NCBI GenBank assembly: GCA_965242965.1
Contig: OZ251518.1
Location: forward strand, 1,632,001-1,696,000
DNA length: 64,000 bases
From: Candidatus Poribacteria bacterium
GTDB lineage: Bacteria > Poribacteria > WGA-4E > WGA-3G
Direction of reading: 5' to 3'
Shown here: positions 28,604 to 38,560 of the stretch, piece after piece
Position numbering within the stretch: the stretch's first letter is position 1
Layout: every line of letters starts with the position of its first letter
Translations under genes and position numbers: made by a program
The notes under the pieces: model-generated
Told to the model about the DNA's origin: nothing
The model's database searches: none
Seen by the model: the letters and a program-made list of their open reading frames with translations, nothing else

Positions 28604-30118
28604 ATGAAAACGAAACTGATTCTATCCTGGATGCTGCTTGTTATCCTGTTGTGCCCGGCTTCCGAAGGTCGCGAGAAAACAACAGCAGGCACACTCGCTG
28701 TGGACCACGTAGTGGACAGAGACGCGTACACTTACAAGACGGTCAACGGCAAAAAGGTAAAACGTGTTAAGACCCAATGCGTTGCCCTCAAGCGCGTCCG
28801 GTTCAACACGTCTACAGGTTCGGCGTATGCAGCTAGTAGTGTTTTCGTCGGATTCGTCTTAGAAAACGGCGGGGCTGCTGTAGTAAACGGCTACATCCGA
28901 GGCTCCGCTAACCAAGGCGTAACCTATGGCAAGATTAAGGCAAACCCTGTTGTTGAGTCGAAAGATATTCCGGGCAAAAACGACGTACGGAGTAGGTACA
29001 AACTCAACCAATGGACGAAGGATAGCCACCCTAAGAAAGGTAGCGATCCCGGCAGACGTGCCCGAAATGACGTTGCCTACGTCGCCTGGAAGTCACACGA
29101 AGTGAGAAATTCCCGTATGAACCTCAGACCCTCCCAAAACGGCGTGAGGAACTTTAACATGGAGGACCACGGTAACGCCAAGATAACCATACCGAGTGCT
29201 AGACAAGGTAGTTCGAGTTGGCTCAAAGGTGCTTTGAACCCCTTCGCATTTGCTGCAGTGAAGGCAGGAACAAACCAAGGCCACTACATCCCAGAGCTCT
29301 CTGTCAGCACCAATGACCCGAAGACTAACAAGAAAGGGGACGGTAGAGGGACGAGGACAGATAACTCAACGGAGAATGTCTCCAACGATGACTACATCGC
29401 CCCCGAGTCGTTGCCGACTCCCACAACGAGCCCTATCTGTCTGAATTGCGGAGAAGTCGTGAGCACGGATTCAGAGCACCAGAGGACCTGTGCCGGCTGT
29501 GGCACCACCTACTATACGTGCGCTTTACAACGCGTCATCGCCGCCAACAGCGAAGCTGCAGAGACGGATGGATGGGGCAGACACTGGCAGGGCCGTTGTG
29601 TTGATTCAACTTCAATCCTCGATCGTTTTGGAAATTCGATAGAAGGATGTGGTGCACTCATTTGGGCATGCAACAATGGCATCCATGGTCTTGATAAGTG
29701 TGCCAGTTGTAAAGATTGGAAACGTGACTGTCAAACGCATGTCTGTCCCAATAGTGGCAGCGGTAGTGGCAGCAGTGGCGGTGGTGGCGGCAGCAGCACC
29801 CCACCGACAACGACACCCTCGACACCCTCTAGGAGTGATAACGGCCGCAATAGCGGCGACAGCAGCAACCGCGTCCGCTGTGGATACAGCGGATGTAGCC
29901 TCGGCGGGTATGCCTCCAGCCGCACCGCGCATCAGAGCACGTGTCCGCGGGGACATGTCTTCTGGACATGTAAAAGAGGTACCGGCTCTGGCAACGATTG
30001 GCATGGAAACCGCACCTGTATACGCTCAGGATGTGGTGAAACGTTCACGCGGTGCAGCAATGCACACCGTGGCAATAATCCATGCCGATTTAATGGGGGC
30101 GGTTGGCATACCGACTAA
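28604..30118 (+). CDS. Secreted protein with basic N-domain and Cys/His-rich C-terminal repeats
   Basis: GGAGG RBS; signal peptide; repeated CxxC...HxxxCxxC-like units separated by a Ser/Gly/Thr/Pro linker. Confidence 0.8.
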   Translation: MKTKLILSWMLLVILLCPASEGREKTTAGTLAVDHVVDRDAYTYKTVNGKKVKRVKTQCVALKRVRFNTSTGSAYAASSVFVGFVLENGGAAVVNGYIRGSANQGVTYGKIKANPVVESKDIPGKNDVRSRYKLNQWTKDSHPKKGSDPGRRARNDVAYVAWKSHEVRNSRMNLRPSQNGVRNFNMEDHGNAKITIPSARQGSSSWLKGALNPFAFAAVKAGTNQGHYIPELSVSTNDPKTNKKGDGRGTRTDNSTENVSNDDYIAPESLPTPTTSPICLNCGEVVSTDSEHQRTCAGCGTTYYTCALQRVIAANSEAAETDGWGRHWQGRCVDSTSILDRFGNSIEGCGALIWACNNGIHGLDKCASCKDWKRDCQTHVCPNSGSGSGSSGGGGGSSTPPTTTPSTPSRSDNGRNSGDSSNRVRCGYSGCSLGGYASSRTAHQSTCPRGHVFWTCKRGTGSGNDWHGNRTCIRSGCGETFTRCSNAHRGNNPCRFNGGGWHTD

Positions 30119-30146
30119 ACCCGCGCGTCATACACGCGCACAACCC

Positions 30147-30181
30147 AAAACCTCGCTGTGGATTTTCCGCAGCGGGGTTTC
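30147..30181. terminator. Probable intrinsic terminator
   Basis: aaaacctcgctgtgg-atttt-ccgcagcggggttt hairpin after 30118. Confidence 0.65.
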
Positions 30182-30304
30182 CCCTTTCAAGATAAACCGC
30201 ATCTTCATCAGCGCATGCCTCGCCCCCCCTCATTGCATCCCTCCTCCAACCCGACAGCGGACAAATTCATCCTGCAAAACTGTCAACGCCGACGCTTAAA
30301 AATC

Positions 30305-30333
30305 TTGACAAAACGCAGAAAAATCGGTATACT
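30305..30333 (+). promoter_or_regulatory. sigma70 promoter, probably producing a leaderless mRNA
   Basis: TTGACA-N17-TATACT, ATG 7 nt after the -10 box, no SD. Confidence 0.65.
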
Positions 30334-30340
30334 AATTGCT

Positions 30341-31003
30341 ATGATGAAACTTTTATCTATCAACGTCTCAAAACCGAAACCTATCCAATACCGTGGCAAA
30401 ACCGTGATGACAGGGATTTTCAAAGAGCCGGTAACCGGTACCGTCATGCTCCGAGAAACAAACATTGATGGCGATGGACAGGGCGATCTTCGCGTCCACG
30501 GCGGCACCTATAAAGCCGTTTATGCTTACCCAAGTGAGCACTACGCACACTGGAAAGAGGTATTGCAGCGAGAGGACTTGTCCCCCGGACAATTTGGCGA
30601 GAACCTGACTGTCGAAGGCTTAGTGGAAGACGCTGTCCACATCGGCGATGTTTTTCATATAGGCGGCGCGGCAAAACTGCAAGTCACGCAGCCGCGCGTT
30701 CCCTGTTTCAAGTTGGAACACAAAATGGGAACGCCGGGTTTCATAAAACAGTTTTTGGAGAGCCGCCGCGTCGGTTTCTACTTTCGGGTGCTTGCGGAGG
30801 GGGACATCACCGCTGGCGATGCTATTCTGCGAATTGAGCGTGCCGCCGAATCGATGAGCGTCACGGAAATCGTGAACCTGCGCTATTTTGATACGGATAA
30901 CCATGCCAAAATCGCAATAGCGCGAAAACTGCCGGCCCTCTCGCCGAGTTGGAAACGCGATTTTACTCGCATGTTATCGAAAACGAGAGATGGCCGTGTG
31001 TAA
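30341..31003 (+). CDS. MOSC domain protein (YiiM-like)
   Basis: 'TGIFKEP', 'DGQGDLRVHGG', 'FGENLT', 'QPRVPCFK', 'GFYFRVL'. Confidence 0.93.
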   Translation: MMKLLSINVSKPKPIQYRGKTVMTGIFKEPVTGTVMLRETNIDGDGQGDLRVHGGTYKAVYAYPSEHYAHWKEVLQREDLSPGQFGENLTVEGLVEDAVHIGDVFHIGGAAKLQVTQPRVPCFKLEHKMGTPGFIKQFLESRRVGFYFRVLAEGDITAGDAILRIERAAESMSVTEIVNLRYFDTDNHAKIAIARKLPALSPSWKRDFTRMLSKTRDGRV

Positions 31004-31029
31004 AGGTGGCTGTCTATGGTTTCCTCCAG

Positions 31030-31272
31030 ACTGCATCCCCCTGTAGTTCAGGATCGCCTGAAGTTCTGGCATATTTGCCAAACGATCCTGAACCGTTCGG
31101 GAGCGGGTGCTCCCGAACTACAGCGGTGGGCCCGATGCCTGCCGGTAGGCGGGACATCCTTGTCCCGAAACCGAACCACATTGAGACCGGGAGGTCTCGC
31201 CTACCGGGGAAACGGAATCGTTCGGGGTGCCCCGAAATCATTTTGACAACAACGAGTTATGAAATACCCGCA
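31030..31272. repeat. Composite array (C, B, B) ending in a TIR half-site
   Basis: gtagttcaggatcgcctg...gggagcgggtgctcccgaactac; tatgaaatacccgca at 31258-31272. Confidence 0.8.
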
Positions 31273-31284
31273 GTAAATTAAACA

Positions 31285-32019
31285 ATGAAAATTTTTAAAG
31301 CGACAACCAAACGCGAAACCAGCGAGGCGGCGGCGCACGCTGCACGCACGAAACTCCAAGCGGCAATTGCCGACAATGGATACGCGAACTTCATCGTCGC
31401 GACGGGTGCCTCGCAGTTCAATTTCCTCGCCGCGCTCACCGCCGATACCGCCATTGACTGGGACAAGACGACGATGTTCCATCTAGACGAATACATCGGG
31501 ATTCCAGAGACGCATCCCGCCAGTTTCCGCAAATATCTGCGGGAACGGCTTGTGAATATCGTGCATCCTGGGACGGTGCATTTCCTGAACGGCGAAACAG
31601 ACAATCCACAAGCGGAGTGCGAACGGCTCAACCAGATCATCGCGCGACACCCGATTGACGTGGCGTTCGTCGGCATCGGCGAAAATGGGCACCTCGCCTT
31701 CAACGATCCGCCTGCTGACTTTGAAACCGACGCGCCCTATATTGTCGTCGAATTGGATGAGGCGTGTCGGCTGCAGCAAGTAGGCGAAGGCTGGTTTTCT
31801 GGACTTGACGAGGTGCCGGTGCAAGCCATCTCAATGTCTATCCGCCAGATTCTGAAGGCGAAGGCGATTATTTGCACAGTCCCCGATGAACGGAAAGCGA
31901 TGGCAGTGCGCGATTGCCTCACCGGGGAAATAACGCCGATGCATCCCGCGTCTATCCTGCAGACGCACGCGGATTGCGCGGTATTTTTGGATGCAGGTTC
32001 CGCTTCATTACTTGACTGA
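31285..32019 (+). CDS. nagB: Glucosamine-6-phosphate deaminase family
   Basis: 'ATGASQ', 'FHLDEY', '[13 protein letters not shown]', 'PASILQTH'. Confidence 0.88.
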   Translation: MKIFKATTKRETSEAAAHAARTKLQAAIADNGYANFIVATGASQFNFLAALTADTAIDWDKTTMFHLDEYIGIPETHPASFRKYLRERLVNIVHPGTVHFLNGETDNPQAECERLNQIIARHPIDVAFVGIGENGHLAFNDPPADFETDAPYIVVELDEACRLQQVGEGWFSGLDEVPVQAISMSIRQILKAKAIICTVPDERKAMAVRDCLTGEITPMHPASILQTHADCAVFLDAGSASLLD

Positions 32020-32555
32020 GGGTTTTTCATAAATCGATGGATTCCGGGTAGGAGAGACCTCCTGGTCTCGATGGCTTCCGGTAGGAGAGACCTCCCGGTC
32101 TCGATGCAATAGGGCGGCGCGCCTCCCGGGGCTGCGGCGGCAAAAAGCCCCCTTCATCGTAGGGCGAGGGCCTATCCCTCGCCATGCGTTTGGCTGGCAG
32201 ACTGCATCACCCCTGTAGGTCAGGATCGCCAGATCCTGACCCGTTTGTGATCAGGCGATCACAAACTACAGAGAGGGGAGAACGAAAAAAAACGTCTCTT
32301 GTTCACTTCAGGTCCTAAAGGACTTAAAACGCCACAGTTTGACGATGGAGCTCGCGGGGGACAGGCCCCCGCGCTACGGGAAAATCAAGCCCCGAGGTCT
32401 CTCCTACGGGCAAGAAATCGAGACCGGGAGGTCTCTCCTACCGGGCGGGCGCGCCGCCCTATTGCATCGAGACCTGGTGGTCTCTCCTACGGAGAAGACA
32501 TCAAGACCAGGAGGGCTCTCCTATCGGGAAGGCATTGATATATGAAACACCCTCA
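32017..32555. mobile_element. MITE-like cassette with 15-bp TIRs and REP-module cargo (539 bp)
   Basis: tgagggtttttcata ... tatgaaacaccctca; left TIR supplies the nagB stop codon. Confidence 0.72.
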
Positions 32556-32594
32556 CTTGACCCAACACGAGCCCGTTAGGCGAGGGTTTCAACT

Positions 32595-33329
32595 CTATCG
32601 GCCCGGGACGGTTTTGATTCGCGCCCACGTGACAGCTAGTTTATCTTGCGGCGCAACATCGAACGGAATCGCGCCGATAGCATAGAGAATCGAACGGTGG
32701 ATAAGCTCCCAACCGTCATCGGTTACCATGCTCCAGCCGGTTGAGTGGGGCCAGATATTAACGTGGCGTGCTTTCGTTGCGCCTTTCAAGGTTTTCGCGC
32801 CTTCTTCGTAAACCGAGAGCGCGACGAAATCGTCCATATCCTCGCGCACAGCGAGGACTTCGATCTCGCCTTCAAAGCCGTTGCACGTCATCAGTTGCGC
32901 TGCCGGTTTACTGACGGTAATATCACCCTTGAATCCCTCCGTTATCGGATGCTCGTCGTTGACAATGGTGATTTTGTCACCAGCATCAGAGTTGAAGGTG
33001 CCGTCCGGGGCAAATCCCATGTCATCGTAAGTCCAGGTCTCCGCGTTGACGACAGGGACATTGACATCTTTATACGCATCGAGGATATTCGCGCTAGAGG
33101 TGGATTCCGAAATAAACACGAGATCGATGCCGTTCAGTTTGACGGGATGCTTCTCCAGATGTTCGTGGGCATTGACGACGTAACCCCACTTTTCTAGGTA
33201 TTCTATCAGGAGCGCGTCCTTCGGATCTGGCGCGCCGGAGCCGACAAGCACCAGCGTTTCGCCCTCGGCTACTGCCCAGTGAACGGCGCAAAATAGCACC
33301 AGTAGTGGTAAAAGAAAATAGCGATACAT
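32595..33329 (-). CDS. Secreted hypothetical protein (GATase/ThuA-like fold) with C-terminal 'VAPQDKLAVTWARIK' motif
   Basis: AGGAGG RBS; signal peptide; 'IDLVFISES', 'HPITEGF'; terminal motif. Confidence 0.75.
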   Translation of the reverse strand: MYRYFLLPLLVLFCAVHWAVAEGETLVLVGSGAPDPKDALLIEYLEKWGYVVNAHEHLEKHPVKLNGIDLVFISESTSSANILDAYKDVNVPVVNAETWTYDDMGFAPDGTFNSDAGDKITIVNDEHPITEGFKGDITVSKPAAQLMTCNGFEGEIEVLAVREDMDDFVALSVYEEGAKTLKGATKARHVNIWPHSTGWSMVTDDGWELIHRSILYAIGAIPFDVAPQDKLAVTWARIKTVPGR

Positions 33330-33454
33330 CGAAGAATTTTCCTCCTTTTCGGTTAAAATACAGTGACGTGCGCGTTGTTCCAACCAACTGCACGTTCCCG
33401 AAACTTGAAAAATATTCTATAAAAGTTGACAAAAAATGTCAAGAGGAAAAAGAG

Positions 33455-34309
33455 GTGGAACAACCAATCCATGGATTAACTGTCCGCGGTGTTACAAAAG
33501 ATTTTCATCGAACGAAGCGGACAAATCAGGCGGCAAGCCCGCGTTTTTACCAACGGCTACATCAGATTTTTAAGCGGGAGAAAGAGACTATCCGCGCCGT
33601 TGACAACATCTCGCTTGAGGTTGGCATCGGCGAGATTTACGGTATTCTCGGGGCTAACGGCTCTGGAAAATCAACGCTGATTCGCTGTATCTCAACGTTA
33701 CTTCTGCCGGATGCAGGCGACATTCGCGTTTTCGGCGATGACGTTGTTAAGGAGAGCCTGAAGGTGAGACAGGTGATGAACCGCGTTTCCGTTGAGGCTT
33801 CTTTTTTCAAACGGCTGTCTTCTGCCGAAAACCTAATTTACGCCGCGCGCCTCTACGGCATCACTGCAGAGACCGCGGAGAAAAGAGCGCGCGAGATTTT
33901 AGAACGCCTCGGTTTCAATGCGAATCGGATGAACGAAGAGATGGAGAACCTGTCGCGCGGGATGCAGCAGAAAGTGGCGATTGCGCGTGCATTGCTTACT
34001 TCGCCCATGCTTCTGTTGCTTGATGAACCGACAACCGGGTTGGATCCGAAATCCAAACGCGATGTGCAGGCGTTTATTGAGGAAATCCGAAGTGAACGCA
34101 ACGCTGTCATCGTTCTGACAACGCACGATATGGCGGAGGCGGAACGACTGTGCGACAAAATCGCCATTATTGATAAGGGACGCTTTATCGCCGAAGGCAC
34201 TGTCAAGGAACTCATCGCTCAAGTGCCTTCGCAGAACGGCGCACCGGCGACGTTGGAAGAGGTCTTCATCGCGCTCACCGGCAAAGAAATCGGAGACGAG
34301 GAGGAATGA
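33455..34309 (+). CDS. ABC-2 exporter ATP-binding protein
   Basis: Walker A 'GANGSGKST', signature 'LSRGMQQK', 'LLDEPTTGLD', 'TTH'. Confidence 0.95.
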   Translation: MEQPIHGLTVRGVTKDFHRTKRTNQAASPRFYQRLHQIFKREKETIRAVDNISLEVGIGEIYGILGANGSGKSTLIRCISTLLLPDAGDIRVFGDDVVKESLKVRQVMNRVSVEASFFKRLSSAENLIYAARLYGITAETAEKRAREILERLGFNANRMNEEMENLSRGMQQKVAIARALLTSPMLLLLDEPTTGLDPKSKRDVQAFIEEIRSERNAVIVLTTHDMAEAERLCDKIAIIDKGRFIAEGTVKELIAQVPSQNGAPATLEEVFIALTGKEIGDEEE

Positions 34310-34313
34310 ACCG

Positions 34314-35120
34314 ATGCTGAATCTCGTCCGGGAAACCGTCGTTTCCTACGCCTTCATTGAACGCAATTTTAACCTCGTGAAGCGGTATCTGAGCTGGGAA
34401 ATCCTGTTTTTCAGTTACTCTATTGTGAACGCGCTGACTATCGGTTTAATCATGGTAGGACGCGGCACGAGTAAAGATGTGCTTTACCTCCTCATCGGCG
34501 CGCTTATCTGGGGATTCTTCTCCGTTATGATGCGCGAAGTCAGCGATGCAATCACGTGGGAACGATGGGAAGGCACGATAGAATACACCTTCATGGCACC
34601 CATCCACCGCATCACGCATCTTGTCGGTTCCTGCCTATTCGCAATCCTGTATGGGCTCTTGCGGACAGGGCTCATCTTAGCGATACTGCCGCTCTTCTTC
34701 GGTGAGCACATCGACCTAGGACGCGCGAATTGGCTCACGATGGGAGTGATAGTTGCTGTTTCCAGCCTCTCTTTCATTGGGATTGGGCTGATGGCGGCGA
34801 TTTTTCCGCTGCTATCACCGGAAAAGGGACAGGCAGCGACAGGGATTATCCCGTCCGTGCTGCTGTTAGTCTCCGGCATTTATTACGAGATTGAGGTGCT
34901 CCCGGAATGGCTGCAACCGTTTTCGTGGATGTCCCCGGCGACTTACACCCTCAAATCCATTCGTGCGGCGATTCTTGAAAACGCGTCGGTTGCGAGTCAG
35001 GCGGGCAATCTGTTGTTGCTGCTGATTATCGGGATAGTGCTGATTCCGGTCGGCTTTTGCGTCTTCCACCTCGGCGAGAAGTATGCCAAGCGCGTGGGTA
35101 GGTTGAAACGGAGTGGGTAG
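34314..35120 (+). CDS. ABC-2 exporter permease
   Basis: 'ERWEGTIEY', six TMs, 'SGIYY...LPEWLQ...SPATY'. Confidence 0.92.
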   Translation: MLNLVRETVVSYAFIERNFNLVKRYLSWEILFFSYSIVNALTIGLIMVGRGTSKDVLYLLIGALIWGFFSVMMREVSDAITWERWEGTIEYTFMAPIHRITHLVGSCLFAILYGLLRTGLILAILPLFFGEHIDLGRANWLTMGVIVAVSSLSFIGIGLMAAIFPLLSPEKGQAATGIIPSVLLLVSGIYYEIEVLPEWLQPFSWMSPATYTLKSIRAAILENASVASQAGNLLLLLIIGIVLIPVGFCVFHLGEKYAKRVGRLKRSG

Positions 35121-35164
35121 GTGAAAAAAAAGGGACGTTTCGTTTTCGGTTTTGGCTGCCGTTT

Positions 35165-35650
35165 CCCCGGTAGGAGAGACCTCCTGGTCTCGATGCGAGC
35201 GATGTCCCCGTAGGAGAGACCTCCTGGTCTCGATGCAATAGGGCGGCAGAAAGCCTCTATCATCGTAGGGCGAGGGCCCTCGGATGCCATACGCGCATCC
35301 GAGGGCCCTCGCCATCGCTCGCGCACTCCAACGCTCGCGGGGGACAGGCCCCCGCGCTACGCGAAAAAAACGGCACTTCATCGTAGGGCGAGGGCCTGTC
35401 CCTCGCCATGCATTTTGCTGGCAGACCTCCTCACCCCTGTAGGTCAGGATCGCCTGATCCTGACCCGTTTGTGATCAGGCGATCACAAACTACAGAATGA
35501 GTGTTGCTATAGACATGTAGGACCTAAAGGACCTAAAACGGCATCTTAACGATGGCAATCGCGGGGGACAGGCCCCCGCGCTACGGTAAAATCAAGACCC
35601 GAGGGCTCTCCTACGGTATTGCATCGAGACCAGGAGGGCTCTCCTACCGA
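35165..35650. repeat. Composite palindromic array (B, B, A2, A, A, C, D, A, B, B)
   Basis: Module order closely parallels 32048-32520. Confidence 0.85.
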
Positions 35651-35706
35651 ACGCCCTATTAGGCACTATCGCCCGCTATCGTTGCCATAGCGGAAGAAAA
35701 AAATGA

Positions 35707-35735
35707 TTGACAACCGATTCATCATTTGCTAAACT
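35707..35735 (+). promoter_or_regulatory. sigma70 promoter of DapA-family/aroA operon
   Basis: TTGACA-N17-TAAACT with TGn. Confidence 0.65.
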
Positions 35736-35771
35736 CTAAAGCACTTAGCCAAACCGACTCAGGAGAGACGA

Positions 35772-36671
35772 ATGAATATCCGCTTTGAAGGAATTTTTAC
35801 TCCCACGATAACACCACTCGATGCAAAAGAACGCATTGATGAACTCGGATTTACCAAGCAAATTAACCGCCTCATCGGCAACGGTGTTCACGGCATCTAT
35901 CTCTTAGGCACTTCCGGTGAATTTACCACGCTGACAAACGCGGAACGCGAACGTGCCATTGACATCGCCGTGAAGGTGGTTAACGGCCGCGTGCCGATTG
36001 TGAGCGGTGTCATGGACACCAGCACGCAGCGCGTCATCCAAAACATTGAGATTGCGCAAGAACTCGGTGTGGATGCAGTCGCCGCGACACCGGGTTACTA
36101 TTATCCCTCCACCGACGACGCAGACCTGATTGAATTTTACGAGGCCATCGCCGCCAGCACCGACTTGCCGGTGCTGATTTACAACATCCCGTCTACCGTC
36201 AAAACGGCGATTAAACCGCAGCTAGTCGCCGAACTCGCCGACCGGTGCGACAACATCATCGGCATGAAGGATAGTTCCGGAGACTGGACTAACTGCCTTA
36301 ACCTTCTGGCACTGCTTGGAGACAGAGACGATTTCTCGCTCCTCCTCGGTTCGCATACCGCTTTGGGGGCGGCACTGTTATTCGGTGCCGATGGCGGGGT
36401 CGTCTCCATATCAAACGTCGCGCCGAAGCAAGCCGTCGCGCTCTATAACGCCGGGAAGGCACGCGATATTGACGAAGTGCATCGATTGCAAAAATGGCTG
36501 CTCCGCCTCAGCAAAATCTACACCTACGGCCAAGGCGTGAGCGGGATGAAGGCGTGCTTGGAAATTCTCGGTGTCTGCCAAGCGCACACGACGAGTCCGC
36601 TGCTGCCGGTGAGCGATGTCGCCAAATCAGAAATTCGGGGGCTGCTCACGGAGTTGGGGATTTCCGAATGA
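35772..36671 (+). CDS. Dihydrodipicolinate synthase/N-acetylneuraminate lyase family aldolase
   Basis: 'GTSGE', 'IYNIP', 'GMKDSSGD'. Confidence 0.92.
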   Translation: MNIRFEGIFTPTITPLDAKERIDELGFTKQINRLIGNGVHGIYLLGTSGEFTTLTNAERERAIDIAVKVVNGRVPIVSGVMDTSTQRVIQNIEIAQELGVDAVAATPGYYYPSTDDADLIEFYEAIAASTDLPVLIYNIPSTVKTAIKPQLVAELADRCDNIIGMKDSSGDWTNCLNLLALLGDRDDFSLLLGSHTALGAALLFGADGGVVSISNVAPKQAVALYNAGKARDIDEVHRLQKWLLRLSKIYTYGQGVSGMKACLEILGVCQAHTTSPLLPVSDVAKSEIRGLLTELGISE

Positions 36672-37939
36672 TTGAGATTCAACCCCTCCGCAAACCAGTC
36701 GATGCCACGATAGAGGTGCCGGGCTCTAAAAGTTATACCAACCGCGCGTTGTTAGTCGCCGCGCTGGCGAACGGACGCTCAACGTTAACCGGCGCGCTCT
36801 TCAGCGATGACACGCACTATATGTGTAACGCGCTACGAACGCTTGGTGTCCAACTTGAAGCAGAGGAAGCGCAAGCGACTTTCATTGTCAACGGCAACGG
36901 CGGAGACATTCCAGTGGAGAGTGCCACATTGGATATCGGAAACTCCGGCACCACGTCGCGCTCCCTTGTCAGTTACGTATCGCTCGGGCACGGCGAATTT
37001 GTCATTGATGGCGATGAACCGATGCGGCGCAGTCGTCCTATCTCCGATTTATTGGACGCGCTGACGCAAATCGGCGTTGCCGCGCGCTCGCAATTTGATA
37101 ACGGACATCTCCCAGTCATCGTGCAGGCAGATGGACTTGAAGGTGGGAAAACCCGACTGGATGCCAGCAAAAGCAGTCAATTCCTAACATCCCTGCTCCT
37201 CATCGCGCCTTACGCCAAAAATGATATGGAGATTGAGATTGTCGGCACGCTCAAAACGCCTTATATTGACATTACCACGGCTGTCATGGAGGCGTTCGGC
37301 GTAACCGTTGTCCATAACAATTATCGGCATTTCCGCATTGCGGGGCAGCAGTCGTATCAAGCGCGCGAGTATCAGATCGAACCGGATGCCTCCAGTGCCT
37401 CCTACTTTTTCGCCGCCGCTGCGATTAGCGGTGGGCGCGTCAAAGTAAAACATCTGCATCTCGCTTCGGCGCAAGGCGATGTCCAATTCGTGCGCGTCTT
37501 GGAGAAGATGGGATGTCAGGTGAACGCCGATGCCGATGGAATTGAGGTTATCGGGCCGGAACGTTTGCGCGGCATTGACGTGGATATGAACGCACTCTCT
37601 GATACCGCGCTGACCTTGGCGGCCATCGCACCCTTCGCCGATAGCAAAACCGTTATCCGAAACATTGAACATACCCGTTGGCAGGAAACAGACAGGATTC
37701 ACGCGATGGTGACGGAGTTGCGCAAATTAGGTATCCCGGTGGTGGAGCATCGCGACGGTGTAGAGATTATGCCTGCGCCGATTGTTCCATCGGCAATTGA
37801 TACTTACGAAGATCACCGCGTGGCGATGGCATTTTCGCTGATTGGGTTGAAAGTCCCTGGAATTCAGATTTGTAATCCGGGGTGTGTAAGTAAAACGTTT
37901 CCGCATTTTTTTGAGGTGTTGCAGGGATTATACCGTTAA
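36668..37939 (+). CDS. aroA: 3-phosphoshikimate 1-carboxyvinyltransferase (EPSP synthase)
   Basis: 'PGSKSYTNR', 'GNSGT', 'SSQFLTSLL', 'ETDRI', 'DHRVAM', 'KTFP'. Confidence 0.96.
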   Translation: MIEIQPLRKPVDATIEVPGSKSYTNRALLVAALANGRSTLTGALFSDDTHYMCNALRTLGVQLEAEEAQATFIVNGNGGDIPVESATLDIGNSGTTSRSLVSYVSLGHGEFVIDGDEPMRRSRPISDLLDALTQIGVAARSQFDNGHLPVIVQADGLEGGKTRLDASKSSQFLTSLLLIAPYAKNDMEIEIVGTLKTPYIDITTAVMEAFGVTVVHNNYRHFRIAGQQSYQAREYQIEPDASSASYFFAAAAISGGRVKVKHLHLASAQGDVQFVRVLEKMGCQVNADADGIEVIGPERLRGIDVDMNALSDTALTLAAIAPFADSKTVIRNIEHTRWQETDRIHAMVTELRKLGIPVVEHRDGVEIMPAPIVPSAIDTYEDHRVAMAFSLIGLKVPGIQICNPGCVSKTFPHFFEVLQGLYR

Positions 37940-37974
37940 CCGGAGGATTTCTTAGTCAAAGCACATCCCCTTTT

Positions 37975-38515
37975 TCCGTAGGGCGAGGGCCTGTCCCTCG
38001 CTATGCGTTTGGCTGCCAGACCGCCTCACTCCTGTAGTTCAGGATCGCCTGATCCTGACCCGTTCGGGAGCGGGCGCTCCCGAACTACAGAGGTGGGCCT
38101 TTTCCCGTAGGGCGAGGGCCTGTCCCTCGCCATGCTGCGGTCCACCGGACGATCGCGGGGGAACCCGCTCGGATGCGCGTGTGGCATCCGAGGCCCCCGC
38201 GCTACGATGAAAAACGCCGCCTCTTCACGTAGGGCGAGGGCCTGTCCCTCGCCATCGTTCGCGCTACGAAAAAACACCTATCTTGTTCTCTTAGGTCCGT
38301 AGGACCTTAATGTCTATAGCACTCGGCAACCCGAAGAAATTTAAGGTCCTTTAGGTCCTTAATGTGTTTTGCCATGTCTGCGCGGGTTTTTATTAAGGAC
38401 CTAAAGGACCTTGAAAACGGGATGCCCCGTGCTGCTATAGACATGTAGGACCTAAAGGACCTAAAACGCGACTCTTGACGCTGGACAACGCGGGGGACAG
38501 GCCCCCGCGCTACGG
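37975..38515. repeat. Composite palindromic array (A, C, A, A2, A, D-block, A)
   Basis: gtagggcgagggcctgtccctcgc x3; four D hairpins at about 38290-38465. Confidence 0.85.
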
Positions 38516-38560
38516 TAACACGAGGGTTTCTTTTATGATTAAAACAAAGGAAATTTTAAA

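Noticed and set aside
28604-30118. Multiheme cytochrome c
   Set aside because: No CxxCH motifs despite many Cys and His.
29649-30299. 216-aa Ala/Val-rich ORF
   Set aside because: It is an alternative frame of the Ser/Gly linker of the Cys-rich gene.
35772-36671. Assigning the symbol dapA
   Set aside because: The GTSGE motif and overall sequence fit the wider DHDPS/NAL family; the substrate cannot be fixed from sequence alone.
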